Origin: Flavobacteriales bacterium
GTDB taxonomy: Bacteria > Bacteroidota > Bacteroidia > Flavobacteriales_G > JALEGO01
DNA: 13,324 bases
Direction: 5' to 3'
Assembly (NCBI GenBank): GCA_022763165.1
Contig: JALEGO010000294.1
Location: 1-13,324, forward strand
Program-made: the position numbers and the translations under genes
Notes under the pieces: generated by a model
The model's input: only the letters and a program-made list of their open reading frames with translations
The model's database searches: none
Told to the model about the DNA's origin: nothing
Shown here: positions 1 to 7,528 of the stretch, piece after piece
Layout: the number at the start of each line of letters is the position of its first letter
Numbering within the stretch: the first letter of the stretch is position 1

Positions 1-2899
1 CTCCTTTTACATAACCTTCACTATATTTAGGCTGTGCATAGGTTTGAATTAACCCCAATAACTCTTTAGGTGTTAAAGTCAATAATGTGCTAATTCTGGC
101 AATTTGACCTTTCCACTGAATCTTCTCATTCTCTAAATCAGACAATAGTGTATGTGCTAAGTATTCCGCTCTATATATGTCTTGATTTTCCGATGTTAGT
201 GTTTGACCCCAAACCTCTTTTGTGCCATTGAAGTCCAAATCATTGACCTTTTCAAAGAAATCAGTTCCGGAGAGATGATAATACATATCAGAGTCTTTCA
301 ATACCATGGTCAAATCCAGTTTTTGCTTGTTGTAAGTAAACTGGTGCTTCCCAAATTTCACAATATCTTGACCATTGAGATACAGTTCGTTTTTATCTTT
401 AAGTTGCCTTAAAGCTTCCTCCTTTGCCGATTTTAGTTGACTCTGGATACGGTCCGCCTTCACCGAATCCCCCAAGTCCATCAGGCGCTTCACTATGTCA
501 CGTACCTTATCCACCATGATATCAGAAGCATAATAGCCGTTGATTTCACTCACCGTCATAAGCTCTGAAAGTTTATGATGAATACCTTTTAAAATTCGAT
601 CAGCAGAATTTGACAAGGCGGTTGTTTTTCGATTAATCTCTTCTACCAGAGTCAATTTCCTGGATTCAAAGGCATTGTAAATCTCTTCTCGTTTATCATG
701 AATAAGATCAGTAAACTCTTCAAATTCTGAAAATTTTCCTTCCAACTCTTCGAGTTGAATCATCAATTTATTGAGATACTCTTCGCATTTTTCCGGACTA
801 TCACTGACATCAAGATAATTCACAACACCTTGACTAATCAATTTGATTTGCGCATTAAACTCAGCCCTTCCTTCAAGCGAAAAGAGCTCTTTGCGTTTCT
901 GTTTAAGAATAGAATTTACTTGATTAAATTCTGCATATATTGAGCCGATGTGATCAACAATTTCAGTCGTTTTGGTAGGATCTGTAATTTTTAGATTGCT
1001 AACAATTTCAATTAACATCTCCAACTCTTTAGACGTATCAGAAATGTTTTCAGCAATGAGCTCAGCATCTGCATTTTTTGATACCCCTTCTATTTCTTTC
1101 CTTAGAGTTGCGACCTTCCCTTCATAGGGTTTAAGTGATTCATCTTGAAGCAGGAATTGAATACAATTCTCTGAAATGCCTTCCACCTGAGCCCCCAATG
1201 TTTCCTCCGTTTGATTTACAACATCCAACTCAACATACCGAAGCTCTTTTAAGGAAATGACTTCACCCCGAATGACTCGCAACTCAGATAATAGGTTTAC
1301 AAACTCATCAATATGTTCAAATGTTGAGCGTTTGATCTTCGAAATAATATCTTCCGCTTTTTGAAGCGTTTCAGAAGTTTGTTTTTTGGTACTCTTTTTG
1401 ATTTGAACAACCTTTTCAAACTCGCTAATTGCAGAGTTAGAAGTACCCTTTATATCCTCTAAAGGCTTACGCAATTCAAAAGCGTCTTTGTGGGTGAGCC
1501 AGTGGTAGGTATCAATAATATCAGTGCTCTTTTTGACAAGGTCAATATACAAGTTGTTGTAACTATCATCTTTCTCTATCAACTTGATGACATCTCGACA
1601 CTCCGCCATGGCCTTGACGATCTCTTTGTTGCCCAATTTGAATAAGTAGGAGTCTTGTTTTCCTTTGAGCTCAAAATCTGGGCCGATGAAGGGCGTTTGC
1701 CAAATCTGAATGGCATGATGCTTCTTCTGATCATCGTCACCTTTGAAGTATAATAGCTCTCCATTCTCAAGTAGTGTAAATCCATGACAGACAATTGGGG
1801 TTCCTACTGATTGTTCGATTAAATTATATGGCAGTAAAATATAAGTTCCAGAGCTGTTATTGTAAAATGTAAAAAGGTAATCCTCTCCATTTTGAGAGAC
1901 AATCCTTTTTTCGAATATCATATCTTCTTGCTGGTTATCAAATAGTTTGAACTCTCCAGTTTGCGCATAATATCCTTTCGAAAAAATAATCCCCTGGTTG
2001 TCCGGCAAGAAAATACAGCTATTCTCAAGCGCATCAATTCTTACTGCTTTTTCGATTTTCTCATTATAGACGATGTATCTGAAATCATCCTCTTTGTAAG
2101 GTTTAATTTTGAGGATAATTAAATTCTCAATGATAGCGTATTGAATGGCAGCATCACCTAGATTTTGATCCTTTTCATTGACAGGTTCAGAATATATTCC
2201 CAAACCTGAATCCGTATTGTCTTCAATTTTGATGGTAAGATCTCCACCAACGGTCTCTACAAATATCCGATCCTCAATTGAGATGTGTGGATGACGACCT
2301 GATCTGAACTGTTCCCTTTTAGGTTTCTGCCATTTGAATTCGTGCTGATTTGGAAATTTGAACTCATGATCGGACCGGTTGTCAATATACTTCAGTTTCC
2401 CATTGACTAAGGTCCATTTGAACGTTTTGATATCATCTTCTGTTTTTCCGACTTGGAACACCATAAATATGTTTACTCCAATTTGTGCGAATTTGACAAA
2501 CTGTGTATCACGGTAGTATTTGTAGAGATTAAGGAAGTCATCTACGAATTTTTTATCTTCAACGAATTTTAGGGAGGTTTCGTGAAAGGCGTTGTCTTTG
2601 TATGTGTACGCGCTGAAAACATCTGACAGTTTCATTTCCGATTTTAGTCCCATGTGCACATTATAACCAAATAAAAAGGTATCTCCGAGCATGATGATGT
2701 CTCGAGCAACGCAATTGTTTTTGGTTGTTACACGCTCTGTTGCGAGCAATTTGGTTTCTATGGCTCCAAAAACTTCTTTTCGAGCCTGATTAAGCTTCAA
2801 AAGACGCCCTGTAAGGTCCTTTCCCTCTTTTTTCAGACGGTTTTGAATGATTTCGTATGTTCCTTCTTCTAATATGATATTTTCGTTCTCTTCTGCCAT
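1..2899 (-). CDS. Giant uncharacterised protein. Only the N-terminal 966 codons are in the window; the C-terminus lies beyond position 1. Residues 1 to about 430 look beta-rich, followed by about 500 aa of alpha-helical, acidic, coiled-coil-like sequence. No Walker A motif was seen.
   Basis: Manual translation of the minus strand from ATG at 2897-2899 (context ccATATg) runs stop-free to position 2. The frame was checked codon-by-codon at both ends. The protein begins MAEENENIILEEGTYEIIQNRLKKEG... Within this span the ORF track shows no competing long ORF, only the off-frame 71-aa 1579..1794. The gene is missing from the track because no stop codon lies inside the window. Confidence 0.75.
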   Translation of the reverse strand, partial: MAEENENIILEEGTYEIIQNRLKKEGKDLTGRLLKLNQARKEVFGAIETKLLATERVTTKNNCVARDIIMLGDTFLFGYNVHMGLKSEMKLSDVFSAYTYKDNAFHETSLKFVEDKKFVDDFLNLYKYYRDTQFVKFAQIGVNIFMVFQVGKTEDDIKTFKWTLVNGKLKYIDNRSDHEFKFPNQHEFKWQKPKREQFRSGRHPHISIEDRIFVETVGGDLTIKIEDNTDSGLGIYSEPVNEKDQNLGDAAIQYAIIENLIILKIKPYKEDDFRYIVYNEKIEKAVRIDALENSCIFLPDNQGIIFSKGYYAQTGEFKLFDNQQEDMIFEKRIVSQNGEDYLFTFYNNSSGTYILLPYNLIEQSVGTPIVCHGFTLLENGELLYFKGDDDQKKHHAIQIWQTPFIGPDFELKGKQDSYLFKLGNKEIVKAMAECRDVIKLIEKDDSYNNLYIDLVKKSTDIIDTYHWLTHKDAFELRKPLEDIKGTSNSAISEFEKVVQIKKSTKKQTSETLQKAEDIISKIKRSTFEHIDEFVNLLSELRVIRGEVISLKELRYVELDVVNQTEETLGAQVEGISENCIQFLLQDESLKPYEGKVATLRKEIEGVSKNADAELIAENISDTSKELEMLIEIVSNLKITDPTKTTEIVDHIGSIYAEFNQVNSILKQKRKELFSLEGRAEFNAQIKLISQGVVNYLDVSDSPEKCEEYLNKLMIQLEELEGKFSEFEEFTDLIHDKREEIYNAFESRKLTLVEEINRKTTALSNSADRILKGIHHKLSELMTVSEINGYYASDIMVDKVRDIVKRLMDLGDSVKADRIQSQLKSAKEEALRQLKDKNELYLNGQDIVKFGKHQFTYNKQKLDLTMVLKDSDMYYHLSGTDFFEKVNDLDFNGTKEVWGQTLTSENQDIYRAEYLAHTLLSDLENEKIQWKGQIARISTLLTLTPKELLGLIQTYAQPKYSEGYVKG

Positions 2900-2928
2900 A
2901 TGTGTTTTTCAATTAAATCCTATTTTTT

Positions 2929-3025
2929 CGGTCTACACTTCATTAGACTCAGTGCAAGCTAGCTCAGCGTGACCGTGCAGTTTGCAGATGCCCTTAGCCT
3001 GACAAAGGGCTTTAGTTTCATTGCA
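2929..3025. repeat. REP-like palindromic intergenic element, copy A. It is a chimeric variant: left arm cttcattagactcag, right arm cttagcctgacaaagggcttt.
   Basis: It shares (g)gtctac(a/g)c, agctcagcgtgac and cctgac.aagggcttt(c)attt blocks with copies B and C, with an 11-bp insertion relative to them. Confidence 0.6.
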
Positions 3026-3057
3026 CTTAGCTCATATTTGGTCTACACCAGCGTAAG

Positions 3058-3135
3058 TTGGTCTACGCTTCGTCAAGCTCAGCGTGACAGAACACTTTCG
3101 TTGCTAATGACCTGAGACTAATGAAGTCTCATTTC
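3058..3135. repeat. REP-like palindromic element, copy B. Its right end overlaps the GIY-YIG stop codon.
   Basis: ttggtctacgcttcgtcaagctcagcgtgacagaacactttcgttgct is identical to copy C at about 45 of 47 positions. The distal arm cctgagactaatgaagtctcatttc has diverged. Confidence 0.7.
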
Positions 3136-3413
3136 TTATTCGACAATTCCTTTAACAATTCAATATTTCCATTTATCAAAGCTTCTTTTTTACTCCTTTT
3201 CAAACCCTTTATTCTATTTTCCCATTTAATTGCTTCGCTTTCTAAGCTGAAATTCTGAGAATAGACCAATTCTACCGGCCTTCGATTATAAGTATATGCT
3301 GATACAAATTTTCCTATTTGATGTTCATTCAATCGATTGGTTAAATCAGATGTACATCCAGTATAATATGAACCATCAGAGCATTTTAGTATGTATACGG
3401 TTAAATGTGGCAT
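3129..3413 (-). CDS. Small GIY-YIG nuclease family protein of 94 aa, YhbQ/UPF0213-like
   Basis: ORF track 94 aa begins MPHLTVYILKCSDGSYYTGCTSDLTNRLNEH. It carries the GIY-YIG hallmark (VYIL..GSYYTG...R...H) and the conserved downstream E/N region. Size is typical of stand-alone GIY-YIG proteins. Confidence 0.85.
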   Translation of the reverse strand: MPHLTVYILKCSDGSYYTGCTSDLTNRLNEHQIGKFVSAYTYNRRPVELVYSQNFSLESEAIKWENRIKGLKRSKKEALINGNIELLKELSNKK

Positions 3414-3420
3414 GCACTAT

Positions 3421-3500
3421 TTGGTCTACGCTTCGTCAAGCTCAGCGTGACAGAGCACTTTTGTTGCTGAAGTCCTGAGCCTGACGAAGGGCTTTCATTT
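3421..3500. repeat. REP-like palindromic element, copy C, carrying the best-preserved 15-bp inverted arms (cttcgtcaagctcag / ctgagcctgacgaag, 14 of 15 complementary)
   Basis: Direct repeat of copy B immediately upstream of the GIY-YIG gene. The internal inverted repeat can form a stem of about 15 bp with a loop of about 29 nt. Confidence 0.7.
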
Positions 3501-3529
3501 AATGTTTCTTTATTTGACAATTTACTCAT

Positions 3530-3575
3530 GACTCATATTTGGCCTACGCTCCCTCGCTTCGTTCTTTCTCTTAGC
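3530..3575. repeat. Partial REP-like copy D (ctcatatttggcctacgctccctcgcttcg...tagctcagg)
   Basis: It shares the ctcatatttgg(t/c)ctac(g/a)c leader seen at 3031-3049 and a degenerate tagctcag block. Confidence 0.4.
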
Positions 3576-3590
3576 TCAGGAACCTAAATC

Positions 3591-3971
3591 TTATACCAAT
3601 TCATTGGCCTTCAAATCCTCAAGAAAGCGTGCTTGAAGGTCTGACATAAAACCTTGAATCACATCAGCCTCGGATTTCTGGATGCCACTAGACTCTTTTG
3701 CTACTTCTTCTAAGATTTCAATAAAGAAATTGTAGGCGGGGTTTGGACCAACTTCTTTACATCTCTGGAGTGCTTTTTGATAAACATCTTCCAAGTCACC
3801 CTTTTTCTTTACCTCATAATCAAAGGACCATTTGATTTCCTGAGCCCAAGCATGATTCTTTAACATTTGAGAGAGTTTTTCCTTTTCCTCAGGTTGAATC
3901 ACTCCATCAGCAATACATACTGCGTATAGCAATTCACCTAGCGCATCATTTAATTTTTCTTGATCTGTCAT
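3591..3971 (-). CDS. TerB-like (tellurite-resistance TerB / DjlA N-terminal superfamily) small cytoplasmic protein, 126 aa
   Basis: Two helical repeats carry the TerB-type acidic motif: LLYAVCIADGVIQPEEKEKL and FIEILEEVAKESSGIQKSEADVI. Compare the TerB aADGeIxxEEk pattern. The assignment is by eye only. Confidence 0.55.
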   Translation of the reverse strand: MTDQEKLNDALGELLYAVCIADGVIQPEEKEKLSQMLKNHAWAQEIKWSFDYEVKKKGDLEDVYQKALQRCKEVGPNPAYNFFIEILEEVAKESSGIQKSEADVIQGFMSDLQARFLEDLKANELV

Positions 3972-4007
3972 ATTTAAAGTTTAGTTATATCGTTGTTTTA
4001 GTTGTTC

Positions 4008-4142
4008 CTAGTTATCTCGTTTTTCAAAATTCTCGAGTTTTTTAATCTTGGTTCTTCTGATCGCAAGAAATATCAGGGCAATCAAACAAAAGCCCATGAA
4101 AATACCTTGAGAACCCATAATCAATTTTGGTAACCATTCCAT
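4008..4142 (-). CDS. Hypothetical 44-aa single-pass membrane peptide (MEWLPKLIMGSQGIFMGFCLIALIFLAIRRTKIKKLENFEKRDN). Its ATG lies 1 nt after the ybjQ-like stop.
   Basis: Manual translation. The hydrophobic core GIFMGFCLIALIFLAI is followed by a basic stretch. The arrangement stop(TGA 4144-4146)-t-ATG(4140-4142) suggests translational coupling. The ORF is below the track's size cutoff. Confidence 0.3.
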   Translation of the reverse strand: MEWLPKLIMGSQGIFMGFCLIALIFLAIRRTKIKKLENFEKRDN

Positions 4143-4143
4143 A

Positions 4144-4458
4144 TCAACTCAGTTTTACAGCGGTTCCGTAGGCTAGTATTTCTGAACAACCTTGCATAAC
4201 CATTGAAGTAGTCAACCGGACATTGATTATAGCATCTGCTCCTAGTCTTTTTGCATCATCTTTCATTCTTTGGAGTGCCTGTTCCCTTGACTGAGCTTGA
4301 AGCTTAGTATACTCTTCAATTTCGCCACCAATTAGGTTTTTTAAGGCTGCAAAAATATCGCGACCAAAGTTTCTAGCTCTAACCGTACTTCCTCTGGCTA
4401 CCCCAAGTATTTGGGTGACACTTTTTTGAGGAATATTATCTGTTGTTGTAATTATCAT
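4144..4458 (-). CDS. YbjQ family protein (UPF0145/DUF74, heavy-metal-binding-like), 104 aa
   Basis: MIITTTDNIPQKSVTQILGVARGSTVRARNFGRDIFAALKNLIGGEIEEYTKL...ILAYGTAVKLS is collinear with the conserved YbjQ pattern M.vtTt..ieg..i.eylGvV.Ge.v.gan..rd.fa..rdivGGr...Y...l...R..A...m...A..lGAnAvv.vr.d...........v.a.GTAVkl. Confidence 0.85.
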   Translation of the reverse strand: MIITTTDNIPQKSVTQILGVARGSTVRARNFGRDIFAALKNLIGGEIEEYTKLQAQSREQALQRMKDDAKRLGADAIINVRLTTSMVMQGCSEILAYGTAVKLS

Positions 4459-4560
4459 TGTCGTGTATTTTTAGTTAAACAATAGGTCAACCAATCATTC
4501 TTTTCTTGGTTTCTTTTTGTCAGCGCTAGGGGTTGGAACGATATCCTTTTGGTTTTTAGT

Positions 4561-4630
4561 TGCTGGCACTTCGTCAGTACTGCGAAGTTATTTTGCCATC
4601 CTAAGCTTGACGAAGGATAGGCCTTCTAAC
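4561..4630. repeat. Degenerate copy (E) of the REP-like palindromic element (cacttcgtcag ... ctaagcttgacgaagg)
   Basis: It shares the cttcgtca(a)g / ct.agc.tgacgaagg arms with the copies at 2929-3500. A gaagg-atag-ccttc mini-hairpin follows at 4612-4626. Confidence 0.45.
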
Positions 4631-4654
4631 CAAAAGATAAAGCGGAAGACCCGA

Positions 4655-4682
4655 CCCCGATATCCTTAAGGACAAATCGGGG
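4655..4682 (-). terminator. GC-rich hairpin (ccccgat-N14-atcgggg, inner ccttaagg palindrome) 23 bp downstream of the flotillin stop. Possible terminator or attenuator on the minus strand; the following T-tract is weak (ctttatctttt).
   Basis: A 7-bp perfect stem seen directly in the sequence. The U-tract is not contiguous with the stem, so the assignment is tentative. Confidence 0.3.
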
Positions 4683-4704
4683 TAGCGCCCAAATCCTTCA
4701 TCCA

Positions 4705-6801
4705 TTAGTTGTTGATGAAATTTCTTGCTGGAAGATCAGATAGGCCAGCGTTTTTGGCCATAGTGTAAAGCTCTTCAAGCATTCCTTTTTGACCTCCATT
4801 ACTGGACTTACTTATCATTTTATAGAGTAAAGCTGACACAGTCAAGTTTTTAACATCATCTGAACTAATATTCAACTCTTTGATAAGATTTTGAATATTT
4901 TCCTTCAGGTTTCCTGAACCACCGTTGAGTAGTTGACTTTTCACCTCAGAAAGTGTCTCGCTATTGTCTATAAATCTGTCTACCATTTTCCCGTTTCCAA
5001 TGGCACCAACGAGTTTATCAAAGAATACTTGCTCACCACCTACGATGTCAATTTTCGCTGATTTAAGCGCTTGACTCATCACATCAGCTTGCGCAAAAGC
5101 GATGTCTTTTCCAACATTTACTTTAGCAAGATCCACTTCTTTTTCCTTTGCAAGTCTCAGTTTGAACTCTTCATGTTCTTTACCAGCTCCATCGAGTTTC
5201 TGCATCGCTTGAGCTTTTAACTCAATCACCTTCGCATCAATTGTTCCTTGCTTCTCAGAAGCACTTGCTAATGCCTCTTTGACCTCAGCCTCAGCATGAC
5301 CAAGTTTCTTGTCAGCCTCTGCTTGAGCATCAGCCTTTTTGCTGATACCATCGGCCTCAGCTTCGGCTGTTAATCTAATGATATCCGCATGAGCTTCACC
5401 ATCTTTCTTCTTAGCAAATGCTTTAGCTTCAATTACTTGCGCTTCAGATTTACCATGAGTCGCCTCTTTAACCGCTTCAGCTTCAGCTAAAATCTTGATC
5501 GCTTCAGCCTTCTGAATCGCAGATGCTTGTTCAGCTTCAGCATCGATAATTTTCTTTTTAGCATTGTATTCGGCAGCTTCTCTTTCAGCCTCAGCCTGCT
5601 TGATTCTCTCAACCATTTTGGCTTGAGCAGATTCTTCTGCCTTCTTAACGGCAACTGTTTTTTGTCGCTCTGCTGCGGCCAGTGCTCTTGTATCTTTGAT
5701 TTTCTCTTCCTCTTGAACAACAGTTTTCTCAATAGCAACTCTTTCGCGAATCACTTCTTGAATATTCTTACGCTCCTGTTCAACTGACTTCTCCTTTTCA
5801 ATCTGTGCTAGAGTAACAATTTTCTCTCGTTCAGTAGCCTCAAGAGCCCTGTCTTTTTCAACTCTCTCAAGTTCAACTGCATCCGCCTTTTCCTTGGCGC
5901 GTTGAGCCAACAATACTTCTCTTTGTTTATTTTGCTCTTTGACGAGTAATTCCTCATTAGCAGCAATACGTGCCTTCTCAGACTTCACTCTTTCCTCTTG
6001 TTGAACTTTAGCAGCTTCAGCCTCTTCTCTTGCTTTAACTGTGGCAATTTCACGTTTTTGTTTTTCCTCTTTTTCCGCTAACTGCCTATCAAGCTCTAGA
6101 ATCGCCTCTCTAGCTTCAACGTCTTGTTGTCTAATGATCTTTTCCTTGTCCCTTTCGATAAGATTGGCTTGAACCTTTTGTTTTGCCGTCAAATCGATGA
6201 TTTTCTTGATACCTTCAGCATCTAAAATATTTGCTTCGTCCAGAGCCTCAATTGGTGTCTGTTCTAAGTAGTCAATGGCAGCATCATCCATAATATAACC
6301 ATTCAGGTTTTTACCAATGGTTTGAATAATTTCAGATCTCAGTTTATCCCGTTCAGTATATAATTCGACAAAATCAAATTGCTTCCCTACTGTCTTAAGG
6401 GCTTCTGAGAATTTAGCCTCAAAAAGCTGATTTAAAGCTTCTTTTGAGGAGGCTCTTTCGCAACCAACAGATTGGGCAACTTTCTTTACATCTGAATGAC
6501 TTTCGTTCACCCTTACGAAGAAGGCCATTTTAATATCAGCGCGCATATTGTCTTTACATACAAGACCGTCTTTTCCCTCTCTTGAAATCACGATACTCTT
6601 TAATGAAATATCCATAACCTCCAGTTTGTGAAGCACGGGTATAACCAGCATGCCAGAGAATGACACTTTTACACCACCAATTCCCGTTCTTACTAAGGCT
6701 TGGCCCTGCTTGGCCTTCTTGTAGAATCTTGAAATTAAGGCGATGATTCCAAAAATGAACAGTATTACGATTACTGTTGCAACAATTACAGTTTGTGGCA
6801 T
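4705..6801 (-). CDS. Flotillin-like SPFH/band-7 protein (YqiK family), 698 aa. N-terminal TM helix, SPFH domain, long EA/K-rich coiled coil, C-terminal flotillin tail.
   Basis: The ORF track gives 698 aa. The N-terminus MPQTVIVATVIVILFIFGIIALISRFYKKAKQGQALVRTGIGG matches the YqiK/flotillin N-terminus. About 350 aa of REEAEAAK-type coiled coil follow. The gene sits immediately downstream of a YqiJ/NfeD-like gene, as in E. coli yqiJK. Confidence 0.9.
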   Translation of the reverse strand: MPQTVIVATVIVILFIFGIIALISRFYKKAKQGQALVRTGIGGVKVSFSGMLVIPVLHKLEVMDISLKSIVISREGKDGLVCKDNMRADIKMAFFVRVNESHSDVKKVAQSVGCERASSKEALNQLFEAKFSEALKTVGKQFDFVELYTERDKLRSEIIQTIGKNLNGYIMDDAAIDYLEQTPIEALDEANILDAEGIKKIIDLTAKQKVQANLIERDKEKIIRQQDVEAREAILELDRQLAEKEEKQKREIATVKAREEAEAAKVQQEERVKSEKARIAANEELLVKEQNKQREVLLAQRAKEKADAVELERVEKDRALEATEREKIVTLAQIEKEKSVEQERKNIQEVIRERVAIEKTVVQEEEKIKDTRALAAAERQKTVAVKKAEESAQAKMVERIKQAEAEREAAEYNAKKKIIDAEAEQASAIQKAEAIKILAEAEAVKEATHGKSEAQVIEAKAFAKKKDGEAHADIIRLTAEAEADGISKKADAQAEADKKLGHAEAEVKEALASASEKQGTIDAKVIELKAQAMQKLDGAGKEHEEFKLRLAKEKEVDLAKVNVGKDIAFAQADVMSQALKSAKIDIVGGEQVFFDKLVGAIGNGKMVDRFIDNSETLSEVKSQLLNGGSGNLKENIQNLIKELNISSDDVKNLTVSALLYKMISKSSNGGQKGMLEELYTMAKNAGLSDLPARNFINN

Positions 6802-6853
6802 AATTTAATAGTTTTAGTTTGTTAAAAAATTCGTTTTACAATAAAAATCAGTG

Positions 6854-7528
6854 CTATACGTAATGCTCATACGGCTCTACCAAATAGCATTCCTCCTGAT
6901 TGTCTTTTTCAATTACCAAAGCAGTTTGACCAGCCTTAAGCTCCATTTCCGGCTTCATTGCTTTGATATATATTAATATATGTGAGCCATCAGCGTCAAT
7001 TTCAGCTTGTCCTTTCATTTCAAAACTTGCTGGCAAGGTCACTTCACAGATTCTGCCTAAAATCTCCTTCTCTTCTGTGCCCTTATTCAAAGCCGCAAAA
7101 ACTTTTATAAATGGCATAGTCAAAACTTTTGCAATGAATAGGCAAACGATGAACGATGGTATCAGAATGGCAATACCGATAAGGAGTGTAGTATTTCCAA
7201 GAACATAATTTGCATTGACAACCATTAACCAAAGTGGTAAAGCAACAAAGCTCATAAATACCATTAGAGGGATTTTACCCAGATTGAAAAATCTCAAAAT
7301 GTTATTGATCCAAGATATGTCAGCCTCACCGTCAATGTCCCCAGCATCAACATTAGAATCAAATTCTGCATCCAAATCGATCTCCGCTTCCAAATCCAAA
7401 TCTATATCGATAAAATCCATATCTATTGCTCCAAAGATTACGATCACCCAGTATAGCACCACGAATAGTAAAAGCGCTGTGGGAATGATATTCGCTAAGG
7501 AAAATGATATGTCAATTAATTCTTTCAT
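6854..7528 (-). CDS. YqiJ family inner-membrane protein (DUF1449, NfeD-like partner of flotillin), 224 aa, with an acidic DIDLDLEAEIDLDAEFD insert
   Basis: The N-terminal TM segment is followed by the motif FNLGKIPLMVFMSFVALP (compare E. coli YqiJ LNIGRLPALVVLCLLAG). There are further TM helices and a C-terminal soluble beta-domain. The gene lies directly upstream of the flotillin gene. Confidence 0.8.
   Translation of the reverse strand: MKELIDISFSLANIIPTALLLFVVLYWVIVIFGAIDMDFIDIDLDLEAEIDLDAEFDSNVDAGDIDGEADISWINNILRFFNLGKIPLMVFMSFVALPLWLMVVNANYVLGNTTLLIGIAILIPSFIVCLFIAKVLTMPFIKVFAALNKGTEEKEILGRICEVTLPASFEMKGQAEIDADGSHILIYIKAMKPEMELKAGQTALVIEKDNQEECYLVEPYEHYV

Noticed and set aside
1579-1794. 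Track ORF of 71 aa on the minus strand (TTG start)
   Set aside because: It lies inside the giant minus-strand ORF in a different frame, shifted by 1 nt, and its product has arbitrary composition. It is a spurious overlapping ORF.
2929-3575. Clustered direct repeats that might be taken for a CRISPR array
   Set aside because: Units are about 80 bp, internally palindromic and of unequal length. The sequences between them are not uniform-length spacers, and one is a whole gene. No cas genes were found. This is a REP/BIME-like pattern, not CRISPR.
3591-3971. A TerB-domain gene as a marker of a Shango-type or Ter-type anti-phage system
   Set aside because: The TerB-like protein here is a 126-aa stand-alone domain. 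No adjacent ATPase or helicase (SngB/SngC) or TerY/TerD/TerZ partners are in the window. The only untyped large gene, at 1-2899, shows no NTPase motifs in the visible 966 aa. The defence interpretation therefore remains only a possibility.
5487-5787. Track ORFs 5487..5738(-) and 5527..5787(+) with K/R/L-rich or F/S/L-rich products
   Set aside because: They are out-of-frame or antisense readings of the GAAGC/GCTTC-rich DNA that encodes the flotillin EA-rich coiled coil. They have low-complexity products and no independent support.
5100-6100. Apparent tandem repetition (gcttcagc / agcctcagc motifs) in the flotillin gene
   Set aside because: It reflects codon-level repetition of the E-A-E-A-K coiled-coil heptads. 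There is no fixed period and no spacer structure, so it is not a DNA-level repeat element.
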